Positions 1 to 7,173 of a stretch of DNA of 18,545 nt are shown here, piece by piece. The position numbers and the translations under genes are program-made. This DNA comes from an uncultured Pseudomonadota bacterium. Its GTDB lineage: Bacteria > Myxococcota_A > Polyangia > Fen-1088. The stretch spans positions 1-18,545 of the forward strand of contig CAWKBC010000043.1 in NCBI GenBank assembly GCA_963847705.1. Reading direction: 5' to 3'. A model generated the notes under the pieces. It made no database searches, was not told the origin of the DNA, and saw nothing but the letters and a program-made list of their open reading frames with translations. Each line of letters opens with the position of its first letter. Position 1 is the first letter of the stretch.

Positions 1-940
1 CGCCGTCGTCGATGAGGTAGTTGACGTCGCGCTTGTAGAGCGTGTGCGCCTTGAGCGCCTGCGACACGTGGTGCAGCCACTGGATGTTGGCAGGGTTGTA
101 GAGGTTCCCCACCCCCAGCCGCTGCTCGATCCGCTCGATCCCGTTGTCGGTCAGGATCGCCGAGTGCGCCTTCTCGTCGACGGTGTAGTCGATGTCCTTG
201 CGCAGCCCGGGGATGATCCCGTCAACTTTCGTATACAGCTCCGCGGACTGCTCCGCAGGACCCGAGATGATGAGCGGCGTGCGCGCCTCGTCGATCAGGA
301 TCGAGTCCACCTCGTCGACGATCGCGAAGCTGTGGCCGCGCTGGACGTAGCGTTCGATCGAATCCTTGATGTTGTCGCGCAGGTAGTCGAACCCGAACTC
401 GGAGTTGGTCCCGTAGGCGACGTCCGACCGGTAGCTCTGCTGGCGCTCGACGTCGGAGAGGCCGTGGACCACGATCCCCACCGTCATGCCGAGGAACTTG
501 TAGATGCGCCCCATCCACTCCGAGTCGCGGCGGGCCAGGTAGTCGTTGACCGTGATGACGTGGACGCCCTTGCCGGCCAGGGCGTTCAGGTAGACCGGCA
601 GCGTGGCCACCAGCGTCTTCCCCTCGCCGGTCTTCATCTCGGCGATGCAGCCGCGGTGGAGCACCATGCCGCCGATGAGCTGCACGTCGAAGTGCCGCAT
701 CCCCAGCACCCGCTTGCCCGCCTCGCGGCAGACTGCGAACGCCTCGGGGAGGAGATCGTCCAGCGTCTCCCCCTTGTCCAGACGGCGGCGAAACTCAGCC
801 GTCATCTCCCGCAGGTCGGCGTCCGACTTGGCCTGCATGGTGGGCTCGAGCTGGTTGATCCGCTCGACGATCGGGCGCATCCCCTTGATGACCCGGGCGT
901 TCTTGGTTCCGAATATCTTCTTGGCGACGAAGCTGATCAT
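1..940 (-). CDS. secA: Preprotein translocase subunit SecA (5' part; runs off the left edge of the window)
   Basis: Absent from the ORF track because it has no stop in the window. Manual translation from ATG at 940 gives [16 protein letters not shown]...[16 protein letters not shown]...[16 protein letters not shown]...[14 protein letters not shown]...[15 protein letters not shown]...[22 protein letters not shown], the SecA signature motifs. Confidence 0.98.
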   Translation of the reverse strand, partial: MISFVAKKIFGTKNARVIKGMRPIVERINQLEPTMQAKSDADLREMTAEFRRRLDKGETLDDLLPEAFAVCREAGKRVLGMRHFDVQLIGGMVLHRGCIAEMKTGEGKTLVATLPVYLNALAGKGVHVITVNDYLARRDSEWMGRIYKFLGMTVGIVVHGLSDVERQQSYRSDVAYGTNSEFGFDYLRDNIKDSIERYVQRGHSFAIVDEVDSILIDEARTPLIISGPAEQSAELYTKVDGIIPGLRKDIDYTVDEKAHSAILTDNGIERIEQRLGVGNLYNPANIQWLHHVSQALKAHTLYKRDVNYLIDDG

Positions 941-980
941 TTCTCTTGGCTCGGGAGGTGCCCGTAAATGGCGGCCCTAG

Positions 981-1009
981 ACCTTATTGTGCGCCCCCCC
1001 TCCGCGCAA
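981..1009 (-). promoter_or_regulatory. Putative sigma70 promoter of secA (TTGCGC-N17-TAAGGT)
   Basis: The minus strand reads TTGCGC ggagggggggcgcacaa TAAGGT with exact 17-bp spacing, about 40 bp upstream of the secA ATG. Confidence 0.55.
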
Positions 1010-1051
1010 GCGAAGACCCTGCTGGCCTCCCGCTCGACCAGGCGCGGCGTT

Positions 1052-2113
1052 TCAGCGCCCGCCCGGCGCGGGACGGACGATGAGCTGGACCACACTGGCG
1101 ACGAACCAGGCGAGAGCAATGATCGCCGCCATGATCAGGACCAGCACGAGCTGGTTCAGGAGCGCGAAGATCAGCCACAGGAAGATCGCCGCGTCGCGCC
1201 GACCGAGGCCAAAGAGGAAGCTGCCGAGGCTGGGCTTGCCCTGCGTGGCGGTCGACTCGCCGAGCTTCCGGCCGCCCGAGAACCACCAGACCATGTCCAT
1301 CAGGTCGCCGGTGGCCTTCTGGCGGCGCATGTCACGCATGACGATCAGGTTCGAGAGCACCAGCATGGCCGCACCGGCCAGGCCGACGCCGAGCGCCCAC
1401 CCGCCTGTGCCGGCGTGCCAGAGGCCAACCCCGACCGACGCCGTCATCAAGACGTTGAGCACATCGTCGACGAAGGTGTCGAGCCAGGCGCCCAGCTTCG
1501 ATTGCTGAAATCGGACGCGCGCCAACTCCCCGTCGCAGCCGTCGAGCACCGACTGCGTGTGCTCGAGCGCCAACCCGAGCACGACCCACAGATAGCGCCC
1601 GGTCGCCATCAGCGCACACCCCAGGATCCCCAGCGCAGCGGCGAACAGCGTGATCTGGTTGGGCGTGATCGACGACCGCACCAGGAGGTGGCGGGTGACC
1701 CGGACCGAGATCGGCTTGTTGAGACGGCGCGCCACGAAGCCGAGGTCGGCCCGGTAGAGCGCCGCGAAGATCGCGTCCTCGGCCGCGCGGCGGGTCGCTT
1801 CATCGACCACGCGCAGCCCCCCCTCGAAGCGGGCGCGATCGAGGCGGACCACGTCGGCGCCGACCAGCGGCGCGCCGAGCGAACGGGCGATCTCCGCCGC
1901 GGCGGCGCCGTCGGCAACGGTGCGGACCTCCACGTTCGCCGGCAGCGGCGTCGGCAGCGCGATCGCGCCGTCGCGGGCGACGACCACGCGCTTTTCGGGC
2001 GACTGTCCCAGCTGTTTGAGCGCACGCTCGATCACGGTCAGGCCGGCGACCGGCAGCACCGCGCCCGCCGCCTCCTCGCGGGTCGCCGCGAGCACCACAT
2101 TGCCGGGTGTCAT
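1052..2113 (-). CDS. CDP-alcohol phosphotransferase (DIPPS/PIPS-like) with a degenerate N-terminal nucleotidyltransferase-like domain, 353 aa
   Basis: Contains TPNQIT and the full family motif DGCDGELAR-x8-GAWLDTFVD (D1xxD2GxxAR...GxxxD3xxxD4), several hydrophobic helices, and an N-terminal LPVAGLTVIERAL segment resembling NTP transferases. Confidence 0.9.
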   Translation of the reverse strand: MTPGNVVLAATREEAAGAVLPVAGLTVIERALKQLGQSPEKRVVVARDGAIALPTPLPANVEVRTVADGAAAAEIARSLGAPLVGADVVRLDRARFEGGLRVVDEATRRAAEDAIFAALYRADLGFVARRLNKPISVRVTRHLLVRSSITPNQITLFAAALGILGCALMATGRYLWVVLGLALEHTQSVLDGCDGELARVRFQQSKLGAWLDTFVDDVLNVLMTASVGVGLWHAGTGGWALGVGLAGAAMLVLSNLIVMRDMRRQKATGDLMDMVWWFSGGRKLGESTATQGKPSLGSFLFGLGRRDAAIFLWLIFALLNQLVLVLIMAAIIALAWFVASVVQLIVRPAPGGR

Positions 2114-2164
2114 CTTCGGTTCATCTCTATCGCTCGGCGTCTGTCGCCCGGCCTGGGCGGGACC

Positions 2165-2758
2165 TTACTCTGCCGCGAGCACCCGATCGAGCGCCGCGGC
2201 GATCTCCGGCGCGAAGCGAACGTGACTGCGGCGGATGACGCGAGGGTGGGCCCAGTCCTCGTTGTCGATCATCAGGTCGGCAAGCCCCAGAGGATCGCAG
2301 GCGGCGCGATACCGCGCCTGAGCCGGAAAGTAACGACGGTCGATCCGCCCGGCGATCTCCTCCGGGGTCCGCCCCTTGGCCTGATCGCGCTCCAGGATGC
2401 GCCGGCGCGCCTCGGCGGCGCTGACCTCGAGCACGATGAGCGGCGTCCCGGCAGGGAGCGCGGCACGCAGCAACATCACCCCCTCGAGGATGAGCACCGC
2501 GCCGTCGGTCGCGCCCCGCGTCCACGCCGACAGGGCCTCGCCCACCCCAGCGAAATCGAAGTAACGCTCGTAGTAGAGCGCCGACTCGGCTTCCGGCCGG
2601 AGCCCGGAAAAATCGGTCGGCCGACGAAAATCATCGACATGGAGCAGCGACGCGGGCCGGCCGGCAGCGGATAGCTCAGCCGCAAGCGAAACCGCAAACC
2701 GCGACTTGCCGCTCCCGTCCAGCCCATCCACCGCCACCACCACCCGCCGTCCGGTCAC
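2165..2758 (-). CDS. P-loop small-molecule kinase (uridine kinase/phosphoribulokinase-like), 197 aa
   Basis: Walker A VAVDGLDGSGKS, LHVDDF, ILEG and a lid-like RRRILERD segment. GTG start at 2758. Confidence 0.8.
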   Translation of the reverse strand: MTGRRVVVAVDGLDGSGKSRFAVSLAAELSAAGRPASLLHVDDFRRPTDFSGLRPEAESALYYERYFDFAGVGEALSAWTRGATDGAVLILEGVMLLRAALPAGTPLIVLEVSAAEARRRILERDQAKGRTPEEIAGRIDRRYFPAQARYRAACDPLGLADLMIDNEDWAHPRVIRRSHVRFAPEIAAALDRVLAAE

Positions 2759-2946
2759 GCCGCGGACCTTCCCAGGGTCCCCATCACAATCGCGCCGGGG
2801 GAGGGACAGCTTTGCTGGCCCGAGCCCTTCGCGGGGGGGTTTGGGGACCCTCCCAGGGTCCCCATCACAATCGCGTCGGGGGAGGGACAGCTTTGCTGGC
2901 CCGAGCCCTTCGCGGGGGGGGTTGGGGACCCTCCCAGGGTCCCCAT
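2755..2946 (-). CDS. Possible 63-aa repeat-encoded mini-ORF, (MGTLGGSPxPPAKGSGQQSCPSPxAIV)x2-MGTLGRSAA
   Basis: Its ATG (2946-2944) overlaps the upstream TGA (TGATG), and its TGA (2757-2755) overlaps the kinase GTG (GTGA). No homology evidence. Confidence 0.3.
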   Translation of the reverse strand: MGTLGGSPTPPAKGSGQQSCPSPDAIVMGTLGGSPNPPAKGSGQQSCPSPGAIVMGTLGRSAA

Positions 2947-2949
2947 CAC
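2764..2949. repeat. 81-bp tandem repeat (2 full copies plus partial) with internal palindromes; REP/BIME-like
   Basis: CCCAGGGTCCCCATCAC recurs at 2771, 2852 and 2933 (period 81). The two full copies differ at 2 positions. A perfect hairpin TGGGGACCCT-CCC-AGGGTCCCCA occurs at 2842-2864 and 2923-2945. Confidence 0.95.
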
Positions 2950-4100
2950 TGAGGCGGGCGGATTCGCCAGTCTGGCGTCAGCAGCTGGCCGAGGGCGCCG
3001 GCGGCGCGCACGAAGGCGATGATCATCAGATAGAGCAGGACGATCGGGAGCTGGTCGTAGTAGGCGAGGCCGATCGCCAGCACGATCACGAAGTCCCGGC
3101 GGCCGAGCAGCATCACGCCCCTGATCGAGGTCGAACCGGCGCCGCTCACGTTTTTCAGGGTCTGGCCGTAGGCGAACCACCAGCGCAGCTTCATCACGTC
3201 GCCCTCGCCCTGGAGCATCAGCTCCCGGTACGACACGACGACGTAGAACAAGGTCATCGCTGCGGCAGCCAGCGCCATCTTCATGTCGAGGTAGGTTCCG
3301 CCGTGGCGCCAGAGCGCGAAGCCGACCGCCAGGATCATCAGCACGTTCACGAAGTCGCCAACGACCGTGTCGAGCCAGGCGCCGAAGGCCGTCTGGTGCA
3401 GGCGCACGCGCGCGAGCTCGCCCGCGCAGCCGTCGAGGACGGCGAAGCCTTCCAGGATCACGAAGCCCGTGAGGACGCTGGTGGAGTTTCCGACCGCGAC
3501 CATGAGGGCACCGTAGACGCCGACGAATCCGGCGATCAGCGTCAGCAGCGCGGGCGCCGCGGGCAAATGAACCAGCAAGAGCCGGGTGAGGCGCGAGGCG
3601 ATCTTCTGGTTCAGCAGGCGATCGATGATCCCGACCGTCTCCTGCCGGGCGTCCAGGAACACCGCCTCGGCGGCGACCCGGCGCGAAGCCGCATCCACCA
3701 CCCGCGTTCCCCTGTCGAACCGCGCCGGCTGCAGCCAGACGTTGTCGGCCCCCACGACCATCGCCTCGGGACCGAGCTCCGCGCGAAGCTGCTCGATGCC
3801 GGCGGTCACGTCTCCTTCTATCGCACGCCGCTCCATGTTGGGCGGCAAACGACGAGGAACCGGTACGCTGCCATCGGTGGCGATCACGACGTGAGCGTCG
3901 CGCAATCGTGCGAGCAGCCGGATGGCGCGATCGACGACCCGCAACCCGCCAACCTGCATGCGGGCCCCGGTCGCCTCCAATTCCGTGGCCGTCAAGATGA
4001 TGGGGACCAAGTTCCGGGCCCCAGCACCCGTCGACCGGGGGAGCACGGCCGCCGCCGCCACCGTCGAATTTAGCTCGCCCACACCTTCACTCATCATCAT
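2946..4100 (-). CDS. CDP-alcohol phosphotransferase paralog with substituted catalytic aspartates (probable pseudoenzyme), ~384 aa
   Basis: Colinear with 1052..2113 (VGGLRVVDRAI, VGADNV, RVVDAASRRVA, LLGRRD). The motif reads DGCAGELAR-x8-GAWLDTVVGD. Start placed at the ATG-ATG-ATG run (4100-4092) instead of the track's 4229. Confidence 0.85.
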   Translation of the reverse strand: MMMSEGVGELNSTVAAAAVLPRSTGAGARNLVPIILTATELEATGARMQVGGLRVVDRAIRLLARLRDAHVVIATDGSVPVPRRLPPNMERRAIEGDVTAGIEQLRAELGPEAMVVGADNVWLQPARFDRGTRVVDAASRRVAAEAVFLDARQETVGIIDRLLNQKIASRLTRLLLVHLPAAPALLTLIAGFVGVYGALMVAVGNSTSVLTGFVILEGFAVLDGCAGELARVRLHQTAFGAWLDTVVGDFVNVLMILAVGFALWRHGGTYLDMKMALAAAAMTLFYVVVSYRELMLQGEGDVMKLRWWFAYGQTLKNVSGAGSTSIRGVMLLGRRDFVIVLAIGLAYYDQLPIVLLYLMIIAFVRAAGALGQLLTPDWRIRPPQ

Positions 4101-4156
4101 TCGACAAATCTCTATGCGACAAAACCGCCGGCGTAAGTCCAAACCGCCGGGTTCCC

Positions 4157-4186
4157 TACAATGCCATTCCGGGTGCCTCAACTCAA
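4157..4186 (-). promoter_or_regulatory. Possible sigma70 promoter (TTGAGT-N17-CATTGT, extended TG) for the CDP-AP/kinase/CDP-AP unit
   Basis: The minus strand reads TTGAGT tgaggcacccggaaTGg CATTGT. The -10 match is only moderate. Confidence 0.3.
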
Positions 4187-4228
4187 GCGCAAACACCGAC
4201 GGTGAGTCGGTGCTCGCGCTGCGAGTCA

Positions 4229-4248
4229 TTCGTCAGATTGCTGACGAA
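4229..4248. promoter_or_regulatory. Perfect inverted repeat TTCGTCAG-ATTG-CTGACGAA (operator or hairpin)
   Basis: 8-bp perfect arms in the intergenic region between the CysQ-like gene and the CDP-AP paralog. Confidence 0.5.
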
Positions 4249-4288
4249 ACACCACCACCCGAGCCACACCCGCCCCGCGGCATTGTTT

Positions 4289-5152
4289 CTATTTCGTCGG
4301 CGGTTGTTTGCCCGACGGGTCCTTCATCGGGAGATCTTCCGGCAGGCAGGGCGCCATGACCCGAATCATGAACGGATGACAGAGGCCATTGCTGGCGACC
4401 GAGCCGCGCCGGCGGTAGAGGTCCTTCTGGTTGTAGCGCATCGGATTGCCGTCCCCGTCGCTGACGGTGCAACCGGCCTCTTTCAAGATCACCTCCGGCG
4501 CGCAGGTGTCCCACTCCTGCTCGGCGGGCGAGAGGTTGAGAACCGCGTCGAGATCGCCCCGTGCCAGCGCCATGTGCTTGACCGACGCACCCATCGCCAC
4601 CGCGCGGGGTGCCAGTCCCGAGGCGGCCAGACACTTGCCGAGCCCCTCGTCCGGGTTGAGGCGCGAGATGCCGACCCGCAGCTCGCTCGGTTCGCTGCGC
4701 TTGGAAGTGGTGATGCGGCTCTGGACACCGCTCGACTCCATGAACGCGCCGCCGCCGCGCCGCGCGTGGTAGAGGGCCTGGCGCACCGGCTGATAAACAA
4801 CGCCCAGGACGGCCTGGCTGTCGATGCAGAGACCGATGTGCACCGAAAAGTCGCCGGTCTGCGCCAGGAAGTCGCGCGTGCCGTCCAGCGGATCGATGAT
4901 CCAGACGCGGTTCTTGCCGAACCGCACCGGATCGTCCGGTGATTCTTCGGTGAGAAATGCGTCGCCTGGAAAAGCCGTGCGCAGACGATCGAGGATCAGC
5001 GCGTCGGCCGCCTTGTCGGCGATGGTCACCGGCGAGGTGTCGGCCTTGGTGTCGAAAGCGATCTCGGGGTTGCCGTAGTAGCTCAGGATGACCCGGCCCG
5101 CGTCGCGGGCGGCTTGGCAGGCGACTTCGTGCTCCCGATCGAGATTGCTCAC
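4289..5152 (-). CDS. cysQ: CysQ/inositol monophosphatase family phosphatase, 287 aa
   Basis: Motifs KADTSPVTIAD, TEE, WIIDPLDGTRDF and EWDTCAPEVILKEAG. The KxDxSPVTxAD motif favours the CysQ branch, but the substrate is uncertain. Confidence 0.88.
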   Translation of the reverse strand: MSNLDREHEVACQAARDAGRVILSYYGNPEIAFDTKADTSPVTIADKAADALILDRLRTAFPGDAFLTEESPDDPVRFGKNRVWIIDPLDGTRDFLAQTGDFSVHIGLCIDSQAVLGVVYQPVRQALYHARRGGGAFMESSGVQSRITTSKRSEPSELRVGISRLNPDEGLGKCLAASGLAPRAVAMGASVKHMALARGDLDAVLNLSPAEQEWDTCAPEVILKEAGCTVSDGDGNPMRYNQKDLYRRRGSVASNGLCHPFMIRVMAPCLPEDLPMKDPSGKQPPTK

Positions 5153-5168
5153 GCGCGCTAGGCTAGCA
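5153..5168 (-). promoter_or_regulatory. Putative extended -10 leaderless promoter for the CysQ-like gene
   Basis: The minus strand reads TGc-TAGCCT-agcgcgc-GTG, with 7 nt between the -10 and the start codon and no Shine-Dalgarno. Confidence 0.45.
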
Positions 5169-5204
5169 GAGTGCGAGCCCGTCGGTCACGCCGTTCGAGA
5201 CGCC

Positions 5205-7173
5205 CTACAAAGAGGCCGACGACGAGCCCGAGATCGGTTCGGCGCGGCCGATCGCGGCCTCGCGCGCGGCGGCCTCGCTCACGAACGAGGCCCGTCCGTC
5301 GACCAGCTCCCGAAACCAGGTTTCGAGGACCATGAGGTTCCAGATCCGCTCGCCGTGATCCTCGCCGGCTTGATGGCGATCGAGCAGCGACTCGACCGCA
5401 GCCGGCGCGAACAGACCCCGCTGGCGCGCCGCGGTGGAGAGCAGCAGCTCTCGCGCGAACCCGTGCAGGCGGCCCGCCAGCCAGCGTCCCGTCGGCAGCG
5501 CGAATCCCTTCTTGCGCCGTTCGATGATGGCGGGAGGGACCAGATCGGCGAACGCCCGCTTGAGGATGAACTTGCCCTTCCCCCGCCGCAGCTTGAAGCG
5601 GCCCGGCAGCGCGGCGCCCAGCTCGACCACGTCGTGATCGCAAAAGGGTGCCCGCGCCTCGAGGCCGTGGCTCATGCTGGCGATGTCGACCTTGGCCAGG
5701 ATGTCGTCGGGCAGATAGGTGTCGCAGTCGAGATCTTGCAGGCGGCTGACGACGTCGGCGGCGGCGCTGCCGTCGAGCTTGCTGGCGAAGGCCTCCGCCG
5801 TGGCGTCGCGCGCGAACCGCTGCGCGCAGCTCCGGCGTGTAGATGTCGGCCTTCTCGCCGGCGGAGAAATGACAGACGAACCGGAGGTAGCGGGTCGCCT
5901 CGTCGGTCCCCAGGCGCGCGCCGTACTCTCGCAGCCAGCGCGCCGGCCCACCCGGCACCGCCCCCAGCGCCGTGGCCGCCAGGCGGGGAATCGGACGCGG
6001 GAGCCGCAGCAGAAGATCGGCCATGTGCGCCCAGACGTAGCGCCGGTAGCCGCCGAACGATTCGTCGCCGGCGTCGCCGGAGAGCGCGACCGTCACGTGC
6101 TTGCGCGCCAGCTGGCAGAGGTAGTAGGTCGGGACCGCCGAGCTGTCGGCGAACGGCTCGCCGTGGTGGCGCACGATCGAGGGGAGCAGGCCCGTCATGT
6201 CGGGCGCGACGATCAGCTCGTGGTGATCGGTGCGGTAACGCTCGGCGACCAGGCGCGCGAACGGCAGCTCGTTGTCGGCGCGGCCCCCCTCCGAAAAGCC
6301 GATGGAGAACGTCTTGACCGGCGAGCCGGTCGCGCGCGCCATGCAGGCGACGACGATCGACGAGTCGACGCCTCCCGAGAGGAACGCGCCCAGCGGCACG
6401 TCCGACATGAGCCGATCCTGCACCGCCTTCTCCACGGTGGCGCGCACCCGCGCCGCCGCCTCGCGCTCGTCGAGCTCTGCCAGCGTCGGGGCGAAGCTGG
6501 GGCGATAGTAGCGACGCACCACCGGCCGCTCGCCGCAGCGGAGCTCCAGCGTGTGCCCGGCGGGGAGCTTCTTCAGCCCCTCGTAGATGGTGTCGGGGCT
6601 GGGGACGTACTGCAGCGCCAGATAGGCGTCCAGCGCCGGCAGCGAGAGGGTGGCCGGAGTCCGCTCATCGGCGAGCAACGCGCCGAGCTCCGAGGCGAAC
6701 ACGAAGCCGTCCGGCCGCTCACCGTAGTAGAGCGGTTTTTCTCCGAAGCGATCGCGCGCCAGCAGCAGCGTCGACCGGCGAGCGTCCCACAGGGCGAAGG
6801 CGAACATCCCGCGCAGGAGCTCCGGGACACGCGCCCCCACCTCCTCGTAGAGGTGGGCCACCACCTCCGAGTCGCTGCCGCTGCGGAACCGGTGGCCCTT
6901 GGCCACCAGCTCGGCGCGGAGCTCGGCGTGGTTGTAGATCTCGCCGTTGACGACGATGGCGATCTGTCCGTCCTCGTTGGTCATCGGCTGGCGGCCCGCC
7001 TCGGAGAGATCGATGATCGAGAGGCGCCGGTGCGCCAGGGCGACCGGCCCCTGGGAGAAGAACCCATGCCCGTCGGGCCCGCGGTGGACCATCGCCGCCG
7101 CGAAGCGCTCGGCGGCGCCGGCGGGCGGCGGCAGATCCCGGCGCGGCGCCAGCGCGCCCGCGATGCCGCACAT
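5205..7173 (-). pseudogene. asnB: Asparagine synthase (glutamine-hydrolysing)-like amidotransferase interrupted by a +1 frameshift near 5820-5826 (true lesion or sequencing error); 655 aa if corrected
   Basis: The N-terminal frame has MCGIAG, HRGPD, HRRLSIIDL, NGEIYN, RDRFGEKPLYY, SGGVDSS and SGDAGDESFGG. The C-terminal motifs (YLPDDILAKVDIASM, LEARAPF, KFILKRA, RRKKGF) lie in a different frame (track ORF 5205..5951). The span of 1969 nt equals 3x656+1. Confidence 0.9.

Noticed and set aside
44-967. 307-aa plus-strand ORF
   Set aside because: Antisense shadow of secA, an expected artefact of high-GC codon bias, with no motifs.
994-1000. Phase-variable G7 tract in the secA promoter spacer
   Set aside because: Seven bases is short for slippage in a GC-rich genome, and secA is essential. 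No supporting evidence.
2764-2949. Mini CRISPR array (palindromic repeats with intervening sequence)
   Set aside because: The two 58-bp 'spacers' are nearly identical to each other, and no cas genes or AT-rich leader are present. It is a tandem duplication.
968-4073. Long plus-strand ORFs 968..2674 and 2706..4073
   Set aside because: They are antisense to well-supported minus-strand genes, with Arg/Gly/His-rich shadow composition.
4190-4260. tRNA or known riboswitch
   Set aside because: The hairpins lack an acceptor stem, T-loop (GTTCRA) and CCA, and I recognised no aptamer consensus. Kept only as an unexplained structured region.
5815-5830. Programmed ribosomal frameshift in asnB
   Set aside because: There is no slippery heptamer, homopolymer or in-frame stop at the shift site, and I know of no precedent in this family.
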